A DNA stretch of 64,000 nucleotides from Eledone cirrhosa (lineage: Eukaryota): contig OZ024741.1 in NCBI GenBank assembly GCA_964016885.1, positions 32,240,001 to 32,304,000 of the forward strand, read 5' to 3'. The position numbers were made by a program, and so were the translations under genes. The notes under the pieces are model-generated. The model did not search any database and was not told the DNA's origin. It saw only the letters and a program-made list of their open reading frames with translations. Each line of letters opens with the position of its first letter. Position 1 is the stretch's first letter. Of the stretch, positions 56,791-64,000 are shown piece by piece.

Positions 56791-58651
56791 CATACATAAG
56801 TACGTACATAATTTCGCGTACGTGACGCAAGACCAGTAGGGTATCATTGAAAATATACTATACACTAATTTGAGATGAACGCGTTATTATTTACTACGAA
56901 ATAGAGCCTCAACATGATATTGCCGACATATCTTCCCTAGTTTAGGAATACCTATACAAGCTGGGTAACTTTAGCTTAGACAGTGTTCTCCAGTGATCGT
57001 GTAATTAATAATGGCTATAGCAATTTCGACCCAGTACACAAAGAGTGAGAACATATACCACAAGATGATTGTCTTACGGCCAAATAACTATTCGGTTATT
57101 CAAACACCTAGTCATGTATTTTATTTCTCGAGTGTGAAAGGTGAAAAGGTGAAGATGGCGAGGGTTATATTTTAACACAAACCGCAGATTGATGAAAAAA
57201 ATGTCTTCTTCTTCTTCTTCTTCTTCTTTACCTATTTATTCCTGAAAGAGTCCTCAAACACTCCTTCCAGCTGGCCCTATCAGAAACAACCGTCTCCAAC
57301 TGATCTGGCTGGATCCTCAAGCGAGACAAGAAAATCTCATGGATGTTAACTAAACCTCTTGCCCGATGTCTACACCTGAGACTCTCGCCGGTTTGTTATA
57401 TATTCTTTTAATAAATCCCGCACAACATTATATTCCATGTGCTATACACCATAATTAAAATAGATGATTTTATGTTTGTTGTGTTGATCCATTTCAGATT
57501 TTACCAAACATATATTATCGAAAATATTTCAAACATGACCATTCTATCCCATTCCCATCTTATTTTAGGTGTATCATATATATGAATAAATTGTGTGTGT
57601 ATAATGCTACAGTGTGGTTTTAGATTGGTTTGGCTGCTTTTTCTGACAAGCTTTCCCGCCCCACGCCTGGACCCATGCGGCACTACAATTCTCTACCTGT
57701 CTCAGCAAAAAAAAAGAAAACAGTTTATATAATTAAGTTCAAATTTGTTACGGCTGTAACAAGATGAGGCTTTTCCGTAGAAATTTACAAGTACAATTTT
57801 AACGTAAATAGCCGGCTGATCACCCATTGATGGATATACATGATCAAGGAAACGTAAATAATTATTGTGATATTCTAATAAGCGAAGAAACAGCATAGAG
57901 GAAATATATCAGCAACAAGTTAATTCCATCTGATGAATTACGTTATTAGATAATCCAGTAAAGTGTAATAGTTGTCAGGATTTCATGTAATTTTCATATT
58001 ACATGAAATTACATCAATCAAATATTATTGCAGCCTTTCATAATCTGAAGTAACGAAACCAGAAAGCGTATTTAGTATCGAATATTACCCAACGTTGAAC
58101 GGGTAGTTAACAAGCTACAAAAGGAACAACAACAAACACAACAGCCATAAATATAAACAGTGTTTTGATATAAGTTCATGCTTAAATAATAAACATTAGT
58201 GACGCTCGTAATTACTATACACGAGAGCAGAGGAGGTTGTATGATATTGACTAGGGTTTGAAGTTAGATTAGGGGTTATCTCATTCATTCCAACGCTGTA
58301 CTTCACAAATACCATAATTGTTTATAGCAGCTACGTCAAATGTTTCAGAAATTATGGAGAAGGATCAAAGAAATTGTTGTCTCTAGCAGAAAACGTTTAA
58401 GTGCAGCTAAACGACAGGGGTGGTCACATTACAGAGTCGAACTGGTCAAATTCTAGCCTCTTGCATGCTCTCCCGCTCACATCAAAACAATTTTGGTTTG
58501 TACTATAAAGTTTTATAAATACACGTAGATAGAAATGAGTAAATGACAGTAGAAGACTATTAGTATGTATGTTATTTGTGTGTGTGTGTGTAAATGGAAG
58601 TATGCAGATATGTTTGTATGTTTGATTGTATATATATATATATATATATAT

Positions 58652-61164
<2,513 letters not shown>

Positions 61165-61336
61165 TTTATTATATCTCATATGAGATATTACAACTGGCTA
61201 TCCGCAAAATACGTATAGTTAGCACCCAAAACGTATAATTGGGATTATACTAAGGTATATCCTAATGTTTGTTGAGTGAGACGGAAGCCGGTCGGAGTAT
61301 TGCTTAAAGCTTTCTCTGGTAATGTATTAAATATAT

Positions 61337-61381
<45 letters not shown>

Positions 61382-61528
61382 GGAACAGACACTGGTCTGT
61401 TGGAGACGCAGGACATGGCAGCGATAATGAGGGACAGGGACCGCGCTGGAGAGAACTCGTCCATGGATCTCGGAAATTTTACCCGCCCTAGACATATATA
61501 TATGTATATATATGTGTGTGTATGTATA

Positions 61529-61636
<108 letters not shown>

Positions 61637-61681
61637 TAAACAAATAATGAATAAACAATTCCTTATATTAAACAAAAAAAG

Positions 61682-61836
61682 TTCATTATTTAACGATCGT
61701 TTCTAGGGTATATATGTGTTATAATTGGTATGCATATTCAACAGATCTATGTACAAAATTATACAAAATTATACAAATTATCAAGATTAAATATACATAC
61801 CTAACACATATATACGCCGTCTTCAGAAATAATGAA
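61682..61836 (-). ncRNA. Hammerhead ribozyme, same family as 55208-55340
   Basis: ttcattattt-CTGAAGA-c..gtatatatgtgtta..taacacatatatac..a-GAAA-CGATCG-TT-aaataatgaa (10-bp stem I). Confidence 0.85.
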
Positions 61837-62379
61837 GTATATTTATTGATAATAACAACAATTCAAAATTTCAGTTCAAAATTGACCAATGAAAACACAA
61901 AGGGTTAAAAGCAGTTCGGTGTGTGTATATACATGTAAAATCCTTACACATATTTTACAAAAATGTATGTATAACTTGTATACGCATACTAAAAAGATGG
62001 ATGCAAACACAAAATTTCAAGGTTAATATCTCTGTAAGCTTAAAATGCGCTGATAAGATGCGCATTGATACTTATGGAGTCAAGCACATAAATATATTTT
62101 TTCATACTCACACATATCAGTACAATCACACATACACGCGCGTATATGCATAAATATACACATAACCACGAACATACAAGCACACACACACCCCCACTCA
62201 CATTTATATATGTGGATATAAAATCATAAGCACATGGATATTAAATCACTCACATAAAACACTGGCACACACATTTCAAGATCAAGATACAGAAATTAGG
62301 TGGGAGGGGGGGGGGAGGGGTCAGTATTCAATTGTCTGAGCAGACTGCCAAATATAAATGTATCTATAAATTAAGAAAA

Positions 62380-62777
62380 ATAAAAAAATAAAACAATAAA
62401 ATATAATAAATATAATATAATATACATACACATACAGATATATACACATACATACATGTACGCGCACATAGAAATATTTACGCATACACACATACACACA
62501 TACATATACAGTCATACACACACATACACTTACACGAACATACACATACACATATATAAAGATATATATATACACACACACACACACGCAACGCATACAC
62601 ACATACACATATATATAAAAAAATAAATAATAAAGATATATATCCATATATATATACACACACATATATACATACATATATATATATACATACACATACA
62701 TACACATACATCTAAATATACATACACATACATACACACATACATGTACATACATGTACATACATATACGCACATTG

Positions 62778-62822
<45 letters not shown>

Positions 62823-63124
62823 TAGACATATAGATACATACACACACAACTTACATACACACATATATATATATAGATGTACATTCATACATAGAATTAG
62901 ATATATAATCATACATACATATGCACCTACTTATACTCATATATATAAATACATACGCTTCCATATATGCGTATATACATAAAAAACACTACAACCTCAC
63001 CTAACTCAGACATACAAATAAAATAATAATAAAAAGGCATATGTATATACATACACACACGCATTAATAGAGATATATATATATATACACACATACATAC
63101 ACATATATATATATACATATATAT

Positions 63125-63165
<41 letters not shown>

Positions 63166-63282
63166 TACACTCATACATATATATATATATATATATATAA
63201 ACATATATATCCACACACTCATACCACCATAAATACACATACAAACACCCACATATATATATATATATATATATATACACAC

Positions 63283-63321
<39 letters not shown>

Positions 63322-63609
63322 TAAAAAACAGACATGCACATATATATATATATATTTTTTTTTACACTTATATATACACATATTATATACACATACACAA
63401 CCTCACTTATACACATATACACATAAGTTATATTATAATAATAAAGAATAATATACATATATATATATACATATACATATATATATATATATATATACAT
63501 ACATACATACACATACATACATACACATAAACATATACATACATAAATACACACATACGAATAAAGACATATATTCACACATAGACACCTATATATATAT
63601 ATATATATC

Positions 63610-63661
<52 letters not shown>

Positions 63662-64000
63662 GACACATATACACACTCACATATATATATATATATGTGT
63701 ATGTGTGTGTGCGCACATACACATATATACACACACACATACAAACACACACAAACACATACAAATGCATACGTGCACACACACACACATATATCACATA
63801 GATACGAAGATAAACATATAAATAGAGAGACATACATATATATACAACACACATACACATACATACATACACACGCATATACATATACATATATATATAC
63901 ACATATATATATTCCTATATATACAAGCATACACATACATACACATATATACACAAACATACACATATACATACAACACATTCACATACACATACATATA
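62380..64000. repeat. Long cryptic (TA/CA)n low-complexity tract
   Basis: Direct observation. Confidence 0.9.

Noticed and set aside
57925-58010. CTGATGA with a distant GAAA
   Set aside because: No consistent stems I-III

Overview
AT-rich, microsatellite-dense animal genomic DNA. The tRNA-SINEs resemble those of octopod cephalopods (inference from memory, not a search). No intact host gene is evident, and almost all ORF-track entries are simple-repeat artefacts. Recognisable elements: a near-full-length decayed Naiad-type Penelope-like element (PLE; RT + GIY-YIG, ~7.1-10.5 kb), a 5'-truncated Neptune-type PLE (58.6-61.0 kb, minus), an R4/Dong-like RT fragment, an L1/Tx1-like RT remnant, mariner and Tc1 remnants, non-autonomous Helitrons and two SINE families. 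The main observation is that many short inserts sitting between (TA)n tracts carry type-I hammerhead ribozyme (HHR) motifs. By eye I count about 20 complete or near-complete motifs from about 14 unrelated families in 64 kb. They tend to have palindromic mini-stem III, long stem II, U.U or C.A mismatches at the base of stem II, and in several cases a compensated U3-A8 core. Many inserts are head-to-head foldbacks, some pivoting on the ribozyme's own stem II, and some are non-coding partial tandems resembling retrozymes. All ribozyme calls are manual folds and untested.
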